The notes under the pieces were generated by a model. That model worked only from the letters and a program-made list of their open reading frames with translations. It ran no database searches and was not told the origin of the DNA. A stretch of 64,000 bases of DNA from contig CAVYYI010000003.1 of assembly GCA_963772725.1 (NCBI GenBank), positions 800,001-864,000 of the forward strand. Reading direction: 5' to 3'. The DNA comes from an uncultured Phycisphaerales bacterium. Its GTDB lineage: Bacteria; Planctomycetota; Phycisphaerae; Sedimentisphaerales; Anaerobacaceae. The position numbers were made by a program, and so were the translations under genes. Positions 38,545 through 48,882 of this stretch are shown here, in pieces; within the stretch, counting starts at the first letter, position 1, and the number at the start of each line of letters is the position of its first letter.

Positions 38545-39594
38545 TTACTTTTTCGTCGATGAAATGTTCAGTTTCTCAATCAGCCGATTCAGTGTCCGCC
38601 TTTCGATGCCGAGAATCTTGGCCGCCGCCATTTTGCGACCGCTGGTGAACTCAAGGGTTTGAGTAATAATCCTGTGTTTCACTTCATCGAGAGTAGGCAA
38701 CTCGTGTTTCGGATAAGACGGCGAGTCAGCCACTATAATTTCAAAAGGTAGCACCACAGGCTGAATTTCCACCCCTGTCGTCAGAACATAAGCACGCTCG
38801 ATGGCATTTGCAAGCTCTCGAACATTGCCAGGCCAGGAATAATTCAAAAACAGTTTCTTAACAGCAGAACTTAAAACTTTCGGCGGTTCAACATAAAACA
38901 TCGCCTGATTCGCCAGAAAGTATTCAGCAAGAGGTAGAATGTCTTCCCTTCGCTGGCGGAGCGGCGGTATCTCAAGATTAACCACGTTTAACCGATAATA
39001 TAAATCAGCACGAAATATGCCCTCCTTAACCATCCTTGACAAATTACGATTGGTAGCACACAAAATCCTAACATCTACAGGGCACGGCTTTGTTGAACCG
39101 AGCGGAGTTACCATCCCCTCCTGAAGAACACGCAGCAACTTGGTCTGAAGTTCCAACGGCATTTCACTTATCTCGTCAAGAAAAATTGTACCGCCGTCAG
39201 CCGCCCTGAAAAACCCAAGCGTATTATCAACAGCACCTGTAAAGGCCCCTTTCGTATGACCGAACAACTGGCTTTCAAACAACTGCCCCGTTAGTGTAGT
39301 ACAATCAACAGGAACAAATACTTTGTCGACACGGCCGCTAGCCCTGTGAATTTGCCTAGCGACCATTTCCTTACCGACACCGGTTTCACCAGTTATTATT
39401 ACAGAACATCTTCGGGCGGCAATGGCTTTTATCAATTCGATAATAGAACTGAATGCGGCAGACCCCCCTATAAAATCAGCATCATCAAATCTTTGGAAAC
39501 GAAGGCTGTGCGCAGAACTTCTACTTAACCTGTCTCCAGCATCAAATTCAGACAATGCCGTTCTCTTCTCTTCTCTATTAGTTAAGATTTTCAT
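38545..39594 (-). CDS. Sigma54 enhancer-binding protein without sensor domain
   Basis: GETGVGKE, GAFTGA, FLDEI, RADLYYRLNV, WPGNVREL, Fis-type HTH. Confidence 0.95.
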   Translation of the reverse strand: MKILTNREEKRTALSEFDAGDRLSRSSAHSLRFQRFDDADFIGGSAAFSSIIELIKAIAARRCSVIITGETGVGKEMVARQIHRASGRVDKVFVPVDCTTLTGQLFESQLFGHTKGAFTGAVDNTLGFFRAADGGTIFLDEISEMPLELQTKLLRVLQEGMVTPLGSTKPCPVDVRILCATNRNLSRMVKEGIFRADLYYRLNVVNLEIPPLRQRREDILPLAEYFLANQAMFYVEPPKVLSSAVKKLFLNYSWPGNVRELANAIERAYVLTTGVEIQPVVLPFEIIVADSPSYPKHELPTLDEVKHRIITQTLEFTSGRKMAAAKILGIERRTLNRLIEKLNISSTKK

Positions 39595-39666
39595 TTCTAT
39601 CCTCTTCGAAAAATTATTAACATAGCTTTCATACCCCTACCTACGAAACCTTGTTGCTTTTGGAAT

Positions 39667-39681
39667 AGCAAATCTATTGCC
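39667..39681 (-). promoter_or_regulatory. Putative sigma54 -24/-12 promoter
   Basis: Minus strand GGcaatagattTGCT (GG-N10-GC), ~75 bp upstream of the EBP gene, abutting the IS21 end. Confidence 0.55.
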
Positions 39682-39799
39682 TGTCCGGCGTCAATTATAA
39701 TTTCCCTTCAACGACAGTTATTTTTACCGTTACTTCATAACACTTACCTTAGCTTATAGCCTTTAGGAGGTGCCCCCATGGGGGGCAAAATTTCGGACA

Positions 39800-40564
39800 T
39801 TACGTGTCCTTATTTTTCCGTCTCTGAGCTTCCTCAGCTCGGTAGCTCGGTACATTCAATTCAAGGATCACACTATGATGTACCAGCCGGTCAATCGCTG
39901 CTGCAGTGGTCATCGGATCCTTAAAGATGACTTCCCATTTACTGAACGGCAGATTGCTGGTAATCAACACGCTGCCACGTTCATAACAATGAGCTAATAA
40001 GGTAAACAGCACCTCCATCTCCTCGCGGTTCTGTTTGACATAGCCGAAGTCATCTATCATCAATGCCTCGTACTGTGACAGCTTCTTGAGCCATTTGTCC
40101 AGCTTCAACTCCTGCTTGGCTCGTAATAACTCCTGCAACATCATATCACACGTAGTAAAGTAAACCTTTTTTCCCTGCCGGGCAAGTTCATGACAGATAC
40201 CACACAGTAAATGTGTCTTACCGCTGCCGGGTTTGCCAAATGCAAGAATATTCTCTGTTCTGTCAACAAATGAACCTTCCAAAAGAATTTTGACCTGCTG
40301 ACGTATCTTCAACGGCATACGTTTAAAATCAAAGTTTGCCATGGTCTTTTCCATAGGAAGCTTTGAGGCTTTTACCAGCCTTGCGATTTTATTGGCTCTG
40401 CGAACATCACACTCACGCTGAGCCAATTCCAATAGATATTGTGAATAACCCATATCTTCGGCGATAGCCTTCTGAGCGAACTCGGCGTAATATTCACGGA
40501 ACATCGGCAGGTGAAGTTCTTTGAGAAGGTTTACAAGCTGATTATCCAGATCATTTTTACTCAT
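39800..40564 (-). CDS. istB: IS21 helper ATPase
   Basis: GKPGSGKTHL, IDDFGY, ITSNLPFSKW, AIDRLVHH. Confidence 0.96.
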   Translation of the reverse strand: MSKNDLDNQLVNLLKELHLPMFREYYAEFAQKAIAEDMGYSQYLLELAQRECDVRRANKIARLVKASKLPMEKTMANFDFKRMPLKIRQQVKILLEGSFVDRTENILAFGKPGSGKTHLLCGICHELARQGKKVYFTTCDMMLQELLRAKQELKLDKWLKKLSQYEALMIDDFGYVKQNREEMEVLFTLLAHCYERGSVLITSNLPFSKWEVIFKDPMTTAAAIDRLVHHSVILELNVPSYRAEEAQRRKNKDT

Positions 40565-42048
40565 ACCAGTAGTGCCTCCGCCGATTCAAGTAGACAGTCA
40601 TAACTGTTCAGATCAATATCGCCAACACAAACGTCAGTGACATCCGGCGGCTGTTGTTCGGATTTGACTATTTGTTCTACCATATCAAAATCAATCGCAT
40701 CTGCATGGTTGATCAGGAACCGCAAAGCTTCATTGACAGATGTCTGGCTTTCGTTGGCAGCTAATTCAAGAATTTTCAGATACTGCTTATTACCCTGCTT
40801 CATCCCATGTTGATCACGCAGGAGATCATATGCGATCCTGAACTGACTTGTGGGAAACATATCATCTTTATAGCAATAGTTCTCAAACGCCCCGGGTTTG
40901 CGAACAAGGGTATCTATAACGTGGCGGTAATTGATGTAATGACCGTTTTCACCGTGTAATCTGGGCAATACTTCAATTCTTCTTTGAGCATACCAGACTT
41001 CGATATGTTCGGCATATATTCGAACGTCAACATTTTCTCCCCTAAGCCTGCTGTGAACAGAATAGCTGTTCTTAAGAACTCGGACCGTGCAGCCACGACT
41101 TACCCTGCATTTATCCCTGGTGAAATCTTCATGCCTGCGGGTTGGCAATTGCCGCAGAACCTTTAACTCTTCGGCCAAGAGTTTTGTGCGGCCGGTATTG
41201 AGTTGGTCGAGCAGCTTTTCAAGAAACATTTCATAATCTTTCCTGCTGTTAAAATCTCTGCTTCCTCTAAGGATTAACGCCTGTTCAACAGCTCTCTTTA
41301 ACCTGTGATGACGCTGCTCTATATCGCCGTTTTCATTCGGACAGTGAGGCTGGATTTTACAGCTTTGGAAACCATAATGATTCGCAAGACCCTGATAGTT
41401 AGCCGTGAATTCCTCAGGATTGCCTACCTTGTTAACCGCACAGGTTAAATTATCAGTCCTATGATAGCGTGGTATGCCGCCTAACTTCCAGAGGGCATTT
41501 TGAATACCGGCACTTAAACTTTCATAGCTTTCTGAAAAACATACCGTGACGGTTTCCCAGTTCGACAAACACAATACAAAATGGTACAGCATGTGAATAA
41601 AAGGTATGCCGCAAATGGTGATACCCAGCTTATTCATCCTGGTAAAGTCTGATTCGCACCATTGGCCGGGTTTATAGATTTGTGGAAAAAACACTTCCTG
41701 AGCCGGACCGGACAAGGCTTTCCATTGTTTTACTCGTCTCTGGAAGGTTCTTAATTCGCTGTCCTGGTATTTACCGGGATATTCACGCTGCAGAGCCTCA
41801 AAAAGCGATTTAGATTCAAGACCGGAGTTGTTTTTGAGGAATTCTTCAACCCATGGCCAATCCCCTGCAAAGGCATCCGGATGGGTGGGCCAGTCGTGGA
41901 TAGCTTGGCATTGGCTGGGCAGCACGCCCGTTTTTAAATACTTGCGGGCGGTTTTAGTGCTTATACCAGCCTTGTCTGCAAGCTGATATAAGGTCTTGCA
42001 TTTGTTTTTCATAGCGAACAATCTCCTTACCTGTTTGTCTTTAACCAT
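40561..42048 (-). CDS. istA: IS21 transposase
   Basis: ESDFT, RTDNL, ENGDIE, YSVHSRL. Confidence 0.95.
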   Translation of the reverse strand: MVKDKQVRRLFAMKNKCKTLYQLADKAGISTKTARKYLKTGVLPSQCQAIHDWPTHPDAFAGDWPWVEEFLKNNSGLESKSLFEALQREYPGKYQDSELRTFQRRVKQWKALSGPAQEVFFPQIYKPGQWCESDFTRMNKLGITICGIPFIHMLYHFVLCLSNWETVTVCFSESYESLSAGIQNALWKLGGIPRYHRTDNLTCAVNKVGNPEEFTANYQGLANHYGFQSCKIQPHCPNENGDIEQRHHRLKRAVEQALILRGSRDFNSRKDYEMFLEKLLDQLNTGRTKLLAEELKVLRQLPTRRHEDFTRDKCRVSRGCTVRVLKNSYSVHSRLRGENVDVRIYAEHIEVWYAQRRIEVLPRLHGENGHYINYRHVIDTLVRKPGAFENYCYKDDMFPTSQFRIAYDLLRDQHGMKQGNKQYLKILELAANESQTSVNEALRFLINHADAIDFDMVEQIVKSEQQPPDVTDVCVGDIDLNSYDCLLESAEALLV

Positions 42049-42151
42049 CTGAAATCTCCTGACTTAATGAGTTTCAGATAGCATATTCCAACTTTAATTC
42101 ATCCGGAACTTTTAACTGTCGCCGGAAGGTAAGAATAATTGTCGCTGATCA

Positions 42152-42438
42152 ACACGAAGGTAAAACAGGGTGAAATCCAAACCGTTACCATCTCTCTGGA
42201 GAGAGGCGATTCTTTTAAGCAGGATGTGACGCTGGAAATTAAATTGTCCAAGGGCGAAGGCATCACTTTCGACCCGGCCAAAGTTATCGTCAAGGCCGGC
42301 GACAAACCGGATGTGCAACTCACGATTACGGCGACTAAGGACGCTGCTCTCGGTGAGTATATCGTCTCTGTGAAGGGAACTCCGACAGTCGGCGAACCAA
42401 CCTCAGTGGAATTCAACGTAAAGGTTGTCTCTCCGTAA
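42152..42438 (+). pseudogene. 5'-truncated Ig-like domain protein cut by IS21
   Basis: Beta-rich ORF whose start lies inside the IS end. Confidence 0.6.
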
Positions 42439-42545
42439 AACCGCTTTTTTTTGTTAAAATGATAGTATGTTTGACAATCAGTAAAGCGTATGTATGAAAC
42501 TAAAACGAATTTACAATTATAATACTGATTAAAAGGAAATTTAAC

Positions 42546-42644
42546 ATGAAATTAAACACAGTTTACAAGTATGTTTTGGTAATCGCCCTTTTTGCACTGG
42601 CAGTTTTTATGAACGGATGCCATGGTTTTAGCGCTAACTGGTAA
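42546..42644 (+). CDS. 32-aa small lipoprotein (absent from the ORF track)
   Basis: AAGGA RBS; MKLNTVYKYVLVIALFALAVFMNG-CHGFSANW. Confidence 0.65.
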   Translation: MKLNTVYKYVLVIALFALAVFMNGCHGFSANW

Positions 42645-42800
42645 AGGTTGGATTCACGCATTAGCGTTGAGTGTTTGACACCAGGCATGACGATAAAAAT
42701 AGTAATGGGTACCTGCTGTTGTTTTTCTAAAATAACAAAGTTTGTTTGCGGTTGGTTGTATTTGAGCAGGCCACTTTACTACTGACGTTAAATAGAGATA

Positions 42801-43760
42801 ATGTGGTCCATGACAAAAGAAGCTGAACACGCAATAGACGTCGAGAAACTAACGAAACGTTACGGGAATCTACTGGCAGTCAACGACATATCGTTCACCG
42901 TCAGGAAAGGCGAAATGTTCGCTTTTCTGGGCCCTAACGGCGCCGGCAAGACCACTACCGTTGAGATAATTGAAACAATACGCACACCAACGTCGGGAAA
43001 GGTGAACCTTCTCGGGATGAATGTCACGAAAAAGAAACGCAAAATCGTCCGCCGCATCGGCGTTCTCCCACAGGGGTTCAGCTCATTCGATAGGATAACA
43101 GTCAGGGAGACCATTCAGTATTACTCAAGGCTTTTCAACTGCAGGAACACCGATATCGACGGGCTGATAGAGCTTGCGAACCTCAAGGATAAAAGCAAAG
43201 AGCAGTTCAAGAACCTCTCTGGAGGATTGAAGCAGCGCCTCGGAATTGCAATTGCGATCGTGAACAACCCCGAGGTCGTGTTCCTCGACGAGCCGACGAC
43301 AGGGCTCGATCCCCGCGCAAGGCGTGAGGTATGGGATGTCCTGCTGGGTCTAAAGAAGAAAGGAAAGACGGTATTTCTCACCACACACTATATGGAGGAA
43401 GCAGAGCTTCTTGCAGACACTGTTGCAATAATCTCCAAGGGAAGTATAGTCGCGATTGGCTCTCCCGGTGAGCTTATAGGGAAGAATGCAAATTATCTGG
43501 TTCTTACGCTGCAGTCCGTTGATGAAAAAGTCTTTGAAATCGTTCAGAAGATAGGTTTCGAGCCGGTCAATGCTAACCACAATAACATCAAGGTACGGGT
43601 GCAGCACCACGACGATGTCCAGAAGCTACTGAACGCCATCAAGGACGCAGGGGCATCATTCCTCAGCCTGGACGTTCGCAAACCTAATCTTGAAGAGGTT
43701 TTCCTGAAGCTCACCGGCGCAGCACTCCGCGGAGACCTTGCCGGGGAGGTGCCCCAATGA
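42801..43760 (+). CDS. ABC-2 exporter ATP-binding subunit
   Basis: [28 protein letters not shown]. Confidence 0.95.
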   Translation: MWSMTKEAEHAIDVEKLTKRYGNLLAVNDISFTVRKGEMFAFLGPNGAGKTTTVEIIETIRTPTSGKVNLLGMNVTKKKRKIVRRIGVLPQGFSSFDRITVRETIQYYSRLFNCRNTDIDGLIELANLKDKSKEQFKNLSGGLKQRLGIAIAIVNNPEVVFLDEPTTGLDPRARREVWDVLLGLKKKGKTVFLTTHYMEEAELLADTVAIISKGSIVAIGSPGELIGKNANYLVLTLQSVDEKVFEIVQKIGFEPVNANHNNIKVRVQHHDDVQKLLNAIKDAGASFLSLDVRKPNLEEVFLKLTGAALRGDLAGEVPQ

Positions 43761-44869
43761 GTTTACGTGTCATCGGCGCAAATCTCATCGTGAGCATCAA
43801 GAGCTTCTACCGTGAGAAAACGGCAGTGTTCTTCAGGGTTGCTTTCCCTGTACTCCTGATACTCGTGTTCGGCACGATTTTCATGAACCAGGATAATGTG
43901 CGTTTCGATTTTTACGTGCAGGACCTCGACGAGACTAATTTGTCTGCAGAGCTTGTCAGGACCCTCGAGCACAACGAGAAGTTCAAGATAACCAAGGTTG
44001 ACCCGGCCATCAACGCCACGCAGTACGCAAAGGAAAACAAGCTAAATCTGGTCGTGGTTATTCCCAAGAACTATGAAAAGTCCCTCATACAGAGGATGAA
44101 ACACAAAGACCTCACTGCTTCCGTTACAATTACATACATATACGACCCCAGTTCTACTTCGGTGGACACGAAGATGCAAATCCTGAACTCGGTTTTCGCC
44201 GAGATAAACCAGAAGATGTCCGGCAAGCCTCCGTTTATCACGCCAGACAAGTCATCGATACTCAATAGAAAATACCGATTCATCGATTTCTTCGTCCCAG
44301 GCATAATCGCGATGACGGTAATGACGGCGAGCCTGTTCGGTGCGGTAAACGTTAACGCTGAGCTTCGGCAAAAAGGCGTTATCAAAAAACTATCCACCAC
44401 CCCCATCACCCATACCGACTGGATACTGTCGAACGTTCTGTACCAGTTCCTGCTTTCGGTCATCTCTACGATTTCGATACTAATAGTGAGCTACGCAGTC
44501 TTTGACGTTAGTCTTCAGTTGAATTTCTGGCTGCCTGTGTTCGTTGTGCTTGACGTCTTCGCGTTCGTCGGGATAGGGATGATACTCACCCGCGTCGCGA
44601 AGGAAGCGGAGAGCGCCGCCGCTGCGGCAAACGCCATAATGTTCCCGATGATGTTCCTCTCGGGGACATTCTTTCCCGTCGAGATGATGCCGGGGTTCCT
44701 GCAGAAGTTCTCCAGGATACTGCCTCTGTACTATGTGAACGAGGGACTTCGGGGATCTATGATATTTCTGGACAATATGATTGCATTGCGTTGCTCTGTG
44801 ATTATAGGGGTTTTCGCCGCCGTGGTCTTCGTACTGGGCATGATGACTACCAAATGGGAAGAAGGGTAG
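43757..44869 (+). CDS. ABC-2 exporter permease
   Basis: FFVPGIIAM, PMMFLSGTFFP; 6 TM helices. Confidence 0.93.
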   Translation: MSLRVIGANLIVSIKSFYREKTAVFFRVAFPVLLILVFGTIFMNQDNVRFDFYVQDLDETNLSAELVRTLEHNEKFKITKVDPAINATQYAKENKLNLVVVIPKNYEKSLIQRMKHKDLTASVTITYIYDPSSTSVDTKMQILNSVFAEINQKMSGKPPFITPDKSSILNRKYRFIDFFVPGIIAMTVMTASLFGAVNVNAELRQKGVIKKLSTTPITHTDWILSNVLYQFLLSVISTISILIVSYAVFDVSLQLNFWLPVFVVLDVFAFVGIGMILTRVAKEAESAAAAANAIMFPMMFLSGTFFPVEMMPGFLQKFSRILPLYYVNEGLRGSMIFLDNMIALRCSVIIGVFAAVVFVLGMMTTKWEEG

Positions 44870-45002
44870 CGATATCGGATCACAGATTGTCGAATAATTG
44901 TAGTCTTATATCGTAGTGTTAGAAATTGGCAAAAAAAGGTTCGTGCTTATAGAGAAGTTGCTTCTTAACAGAGCGGCTCATACATTCAGGTAAATAATAT
45001 TT

Positions 45003-45965
45003 ATGATGGCAAATTGGAAATTTAGGCTCAATATTAAAGACAAGACAACCAGGTACTTGTTGTCATTGGTCAAGAATGGCATGGTCTTTTATCCGTACTA
45101 CAGATATCATTTTCCGCTGCCGTCTGTGATAATGCTCGAGAATACAAACTGCTGCAACTCACAGTGTGTTATGTGCCCTCGTGAAAAGCTCACAAGAAAA
45201 CCGGGCTTTATGGATTTTGGATTATTCGAGAAGATAATTAAAGAAGTGTCCAGTATGAGGCGCAAACCCGTTACACATTTACACGGGTTTGGAGAGCCGC
45301 TTTTAGATACATTATTACCAGAGAGGATAAAGCTGGCAAAGGTTTGTGGAATAAAGCATACTTATATTGTGACTAACGCTTCATTACTTTGCCCTGAGAC
45401 ATCGAAAAAGCTCATTAACGCGGGATTAGATAAGATGAAGATTAGTTTTTACGGAACCGATGAAGAATCATATAATTCAACCATGAGGAGGCTGAATTTT
45501 AAGGTTACTTTTCAAAATATTATAGATTTTTTGAGGATAAGGAAAGAAATGAAGAGAAAGAACCCGCAGCTAATACTTCAATATATTCCTCACGAAACAA
45601 ATAATGCCAAGACGGAGGAGTTTAAAGTTCTGTGGAACTCTTTAATTGACAAGAATGCCGGTGATTGTTTGAATATCACATCTTTGCATAACTATGGCGG
45701 CGGGAGAGCTTATAACCGTGTAGGGGAAAGAATAGTTTCTATCTGTTTTTACCCCTGGACAGCTATGACAGTGCTCTGCGATGGCCGGGTCGTTACCTGT
45801 TGTATGGATTATAATGGTGTCCAGGTCATGGGAGACCTTAATTCCCAGACTGTTAAAGAAATTTGGAATGGGCCAGTGCTATCTTCGGTCAGAAGGAAAT
45901 TTGGAAAGTTGGAGTATAACAGTTTTCCGACCTGTATGTGCTGCGATTGGGTAAATAGGAGTTAA
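45003..45965 (+). CDS. Radical SAM protein with SPASM/twitch domain
   Basis: CNSQCVMC, GFGEPLL, CFYPW...DGRVVTCC...CMCC. Confidence 0.92.
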   Translation: MMANWKFRLNIKDKTTRYLLSLVKNGMVFYPYYRYHFPLPSVIMLENTNCCNSQCVMCPREKLTRKPGFMDFGLFEKIIKEVSSMRRKPVTHLHGFGEPLLDTLLPERIKLAKVCGIKHTYIVTNASLLCPETSKKLINAGLDKMKISFYGTDEESYNSTMRRLNFKVTFQNIIDFLRIRKEMKRKNPQLILQYIPHETNNAKTEEFKVLWNSLIDKNAGDCLNITSLHNYGGGRAYNRVGERIVSICFYPWTAMTVLCDGRVVTCCMDYNGVQVMGDLNSQTVKEIWNGPVLSSVRRKFGKLEYNSFPTCMCCDWVNRS

Positions 45966-46027
45966 GCAAATATGAAGATTATCGTAATGATAAGCCCCTA
46001 AATTGTAACGGTGATAAGGAAATACTA

Positions 46028-46987
46028 ATGAGAAAAAGAATCTTTTTTATTTGTGGTTCAATGAATCAGACAACCCAGATGCATCAGATATCCAAACACC
46101 TTGGCGAGTATGAGCACTCCTTCTCACCCTATTACTGCGACGGCCTTCACGAGATATTTCGAAGACTCGGGTTGATGGAGTTCACTATCATAGGTGATAA
46201 GCTGGCGAAAAAATGCCGGATGTATCTGCAAAATAATAATCTTCCCATCGACTACCAGGGGAAGAATAAGCCTTACGACCTTGTAGTTACCTGCTCGGAC
46301 GTGTACATGCAGAAGAACATTAGAGACAATAAAATCGTGCTGGTTCAGGAGGGGATTACGGATGCAGAAACTATTTTGTTTCGCCTCGTCAAACGTTTCC
46401 GATTCCTTCCTCGCTGGCTGGCGGGTACATCGGCTACCGGCCTGAGCGATGCATACCGTGCTTTCTGCGTCGCAAGCGAGGGATATCGCGATTTCTTCAT
46501 CCGCAAAGGCGCACGCCCCGAAAAGATAATCGTTACGGGAATACCCAATTTCGACAACTGCCAGCGATATTGCAGCAACGACTTTCCCCACAGGCACTAT
46601 GTGCTGGTCTGCACATCACCGCTGCGGGAGATATTCCAGGGCGAGGACCGCGAGGCTTTTCTTCAGAAAGCGGTCGAAATCGCCGGCGGCAGGCAACTCA
46701 TCTTCAAACTTCACCCGAACGAAAATGCAGAGCGTGCTACCAGGGAAATCCGCAAGCATACACCTGGAGCCATGGTGTTCACTACTGGCAGCGCCGAAGA
46801 AATGATAGCGAATTGCGATGTTCTGATTACTCGGTTTTCGTCAACAGCTTTCGTTGGCATTGCACTTGGCAAAGAAACCTACTCTGATTTTGCAATGGAC
46901 GAATTGCGTCGGCTCATGCCGGTTCAGAACGGCTCAGCGGCCCTCAATATAGCGAATGTCTGCCGCCGGTTTCTTGAAGAGAACTGA
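46028..46987 (+). CDS. Hypothetical protein, GT-B-like
   Basis: IIVTGIPNFD, FKLHPNE, CDVLITRFSS resemble UDP-GlcNAc 2-epimerase / CDP-glycerol transferase folds. Confidence 0.65.
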   Translation: MRKRIFFICGSMNQTTQMHQISKHLGEYEHSFSPYYCDGLHEIFRRLGLMEFTIIGDKLAKKCRMYLQNNNLPIDYQGKNKPYDLVVTCSDVYMQKNIRDNKIVLVQEGITDAETILFRLVKRFRFLPRWLAGTSATGLSDAYRAFCVASEGYRDFFIRKGARPEKIIVTGIPNFDNCQRYCSNDFPHRHYVLVCTSPLREIFQGEDREAFLQKAVEIAGGRQLIFKLHPNENAERATREIRKHTPGAMVFTTGSAEEMIANCDVLITRFSSTAFVGIALGKETYSDFAMDELRRLMPVQNGSAALNIANVCRRFLEEN

Positions 46988-47371
46988 GGCAATTTATCAG
47001 AGTTCTTGCGCGAAAACGAGGGTATATATGATTTGCGAAAAGTTGTTTAAGAATCAGTAATTATACCACAACCTTTGGAACAATTATCCAAAAGATTTAG
47101 AGCTATCAAAAAGCTTTACTACTGTGATATTGAGAGTACAAAAAGCATAAGTTTTCAGTGGCCTTCCAGTTGAGGAGGTTTTCCGGCAAAACATGGAATA
47201 GGCGGACGAAAGACATTTTTCATGAACCTGTCAAATCGCGTTCTTAACGCCGTGGGCAAAAAACAGATGGATGTAAGCAACATAAAGTTTTTAAAACCTG
47301 AACTTTGGATAAGGATATAGAAAAACGGCCTGTCTGCCGAAGGAAATAATATTGTTGTCACTAAAATATTA

Positions 47372-48352
47372 TTGACCCTTAAGGATGTTTTAATTAAAGC
47401 AAGGGGCATGGATGCTCGTGGCAGAGAATCAGGCTGGCTATCTTCTACATTGAGGGCCCTGGCAACCCTATGTTTTGGAGATATGGATACATTACTTAAT
47501 ACCAATAACAATAATAGTATTGACCATATTCTTGATAAGAACGTTATCTTAGAACTGGATGCCCTTACACAGTCGGATAAAACATTTTTTGTACAAGCAT
47601 GTATGCTATATTTGCATCATAAGCGTATGGCTGAAGAAAGAAGAGAGGATTTTAAACATGCAATTATTATTGAGGAGGCCCATCATGTATTGAGCGATGA
47701 GAGAAGGTCCCTTGTTGGAGGCCAATCTGTGATGGATATTATATTCCGTGAGATACGTGAATTCGGGGTGAGCCTTATATTACTTGACCAGCATCCAAGT
47801 AAAATATCACTTTACGCACTGGGGAATACATATTGTACGATCTGCATGAATCTTAAAACCCGAACAGATGTAAATGCCGTAGCCCAATGTCTCTTGCTCG
47901 ATAAGGAAAAAGACATATTGGGTTCACTCGAAGTTGGCCAGGCAGTTGTAAAACTTCAAGGCAGGATTGCACATCCATTTCAAGTTTCAATACCCGAATT
48001 TGTTATTGAAAAAGGCAAAATCACAGATACTTATGTCAAAAAACACATGCAGGATATTGCTCCAGCTATGGTTGAAGAGGATTTTCGTCTGCTCGCTGAT
48101 ACAGATGGCGATAGCACAATTAGTAAAAAAGTCGACTTAGCTAAAAACATGGAATTGGCTTTTTTGCGAGATGTTCAAGATTATCCTGACAGCGGAATAG
48201 CCGCCAGGTACAAACGACTTAGCTTATCTGTCCGCCAGGGCCAGAAATTAAAAAACCAAGCCCTGCAAAAATCGTTCATTGAGGAGACTAGCAGGCAACT
48301 CCGCACCAGTCATACAAAGACACATACGGACTGTCAGGACTGTAGGTATTGA
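47372..48352 (+). pseudogene. HerA/VirB4-like ATPase, C-terminal part only
   Basis: IIIEEAHH, FREIREFG, LDQHPS; Walker A absent. Confidence 0.75.
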
Positions 48353-48603
48353 GGATACTTCTTACCAGTGAGAAAAAATCACATAACCTTCCCTGCTCCA
48401 GGGCTGTCCTTATCCGTATCATTGTACTTACAATAACACAGACAAACGGCGCAACAAGATTGATAAATTGTGATATTCTTTCATTTTCGTTTTGCATAAA
48501 AATTCTCCTTAAAAAATTGTTAGAAATGTGTTTGTTTCAAACTGTAAGACAGGAACATCTAAATTAAACGAATTGATTTTCTGATTATGTTGTTAGAGCA
48601 GCT

Positions 48604-48882
48604 CTAATCGAGTTCTTCAGGCGTAAAGCTGTTTCCGGGCTGTACTGAGTCTTTATGCTCCATCAAGTACTCAAATGCCTTCTGTAAGGCTAATATGGCC
48701 TTAGGGAGGTCATTTATACTCAGGCTGTTGGTTCCGTTCCACTGACCGGTTTTATCCTTGTACCTTACCTCAATAACCACTTTTGGCAGTGGAATTGATT
48801 TGCCTGCTTTTTCAATTGTGTTTCTAAAGACCGCTGCTCTGACAGCTCCAACCTTGAAAACAGTTTCTGGTTTATTTGACAT
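48604..48882 (-). CDS. Small mobile-element protein, possibly ssDNA-binding
   Basis: KVGAVRAAVFRN...RYKDKTGQW...DLPKAIL, acidic tail EELD. Confidence 0.6.
   Translation of the reverse strand: MSNKPETVFKVGAVRAAVFRNTIEKAGKSIPLPKVVIEVRYKDKTGQWNGTNSLSINDLPKAILALQKAFEYLMEHKDSVQPGNSFTPEELD

Larger units (their letters stand above)
39682..42151 (-). mobile_element. IS21-family element
   Basis: istA-istB; TG...CA ends with repeated cgacagtta/cgtcaatta subterminal motifs; no target duplication visible. Confidence 0.92.
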
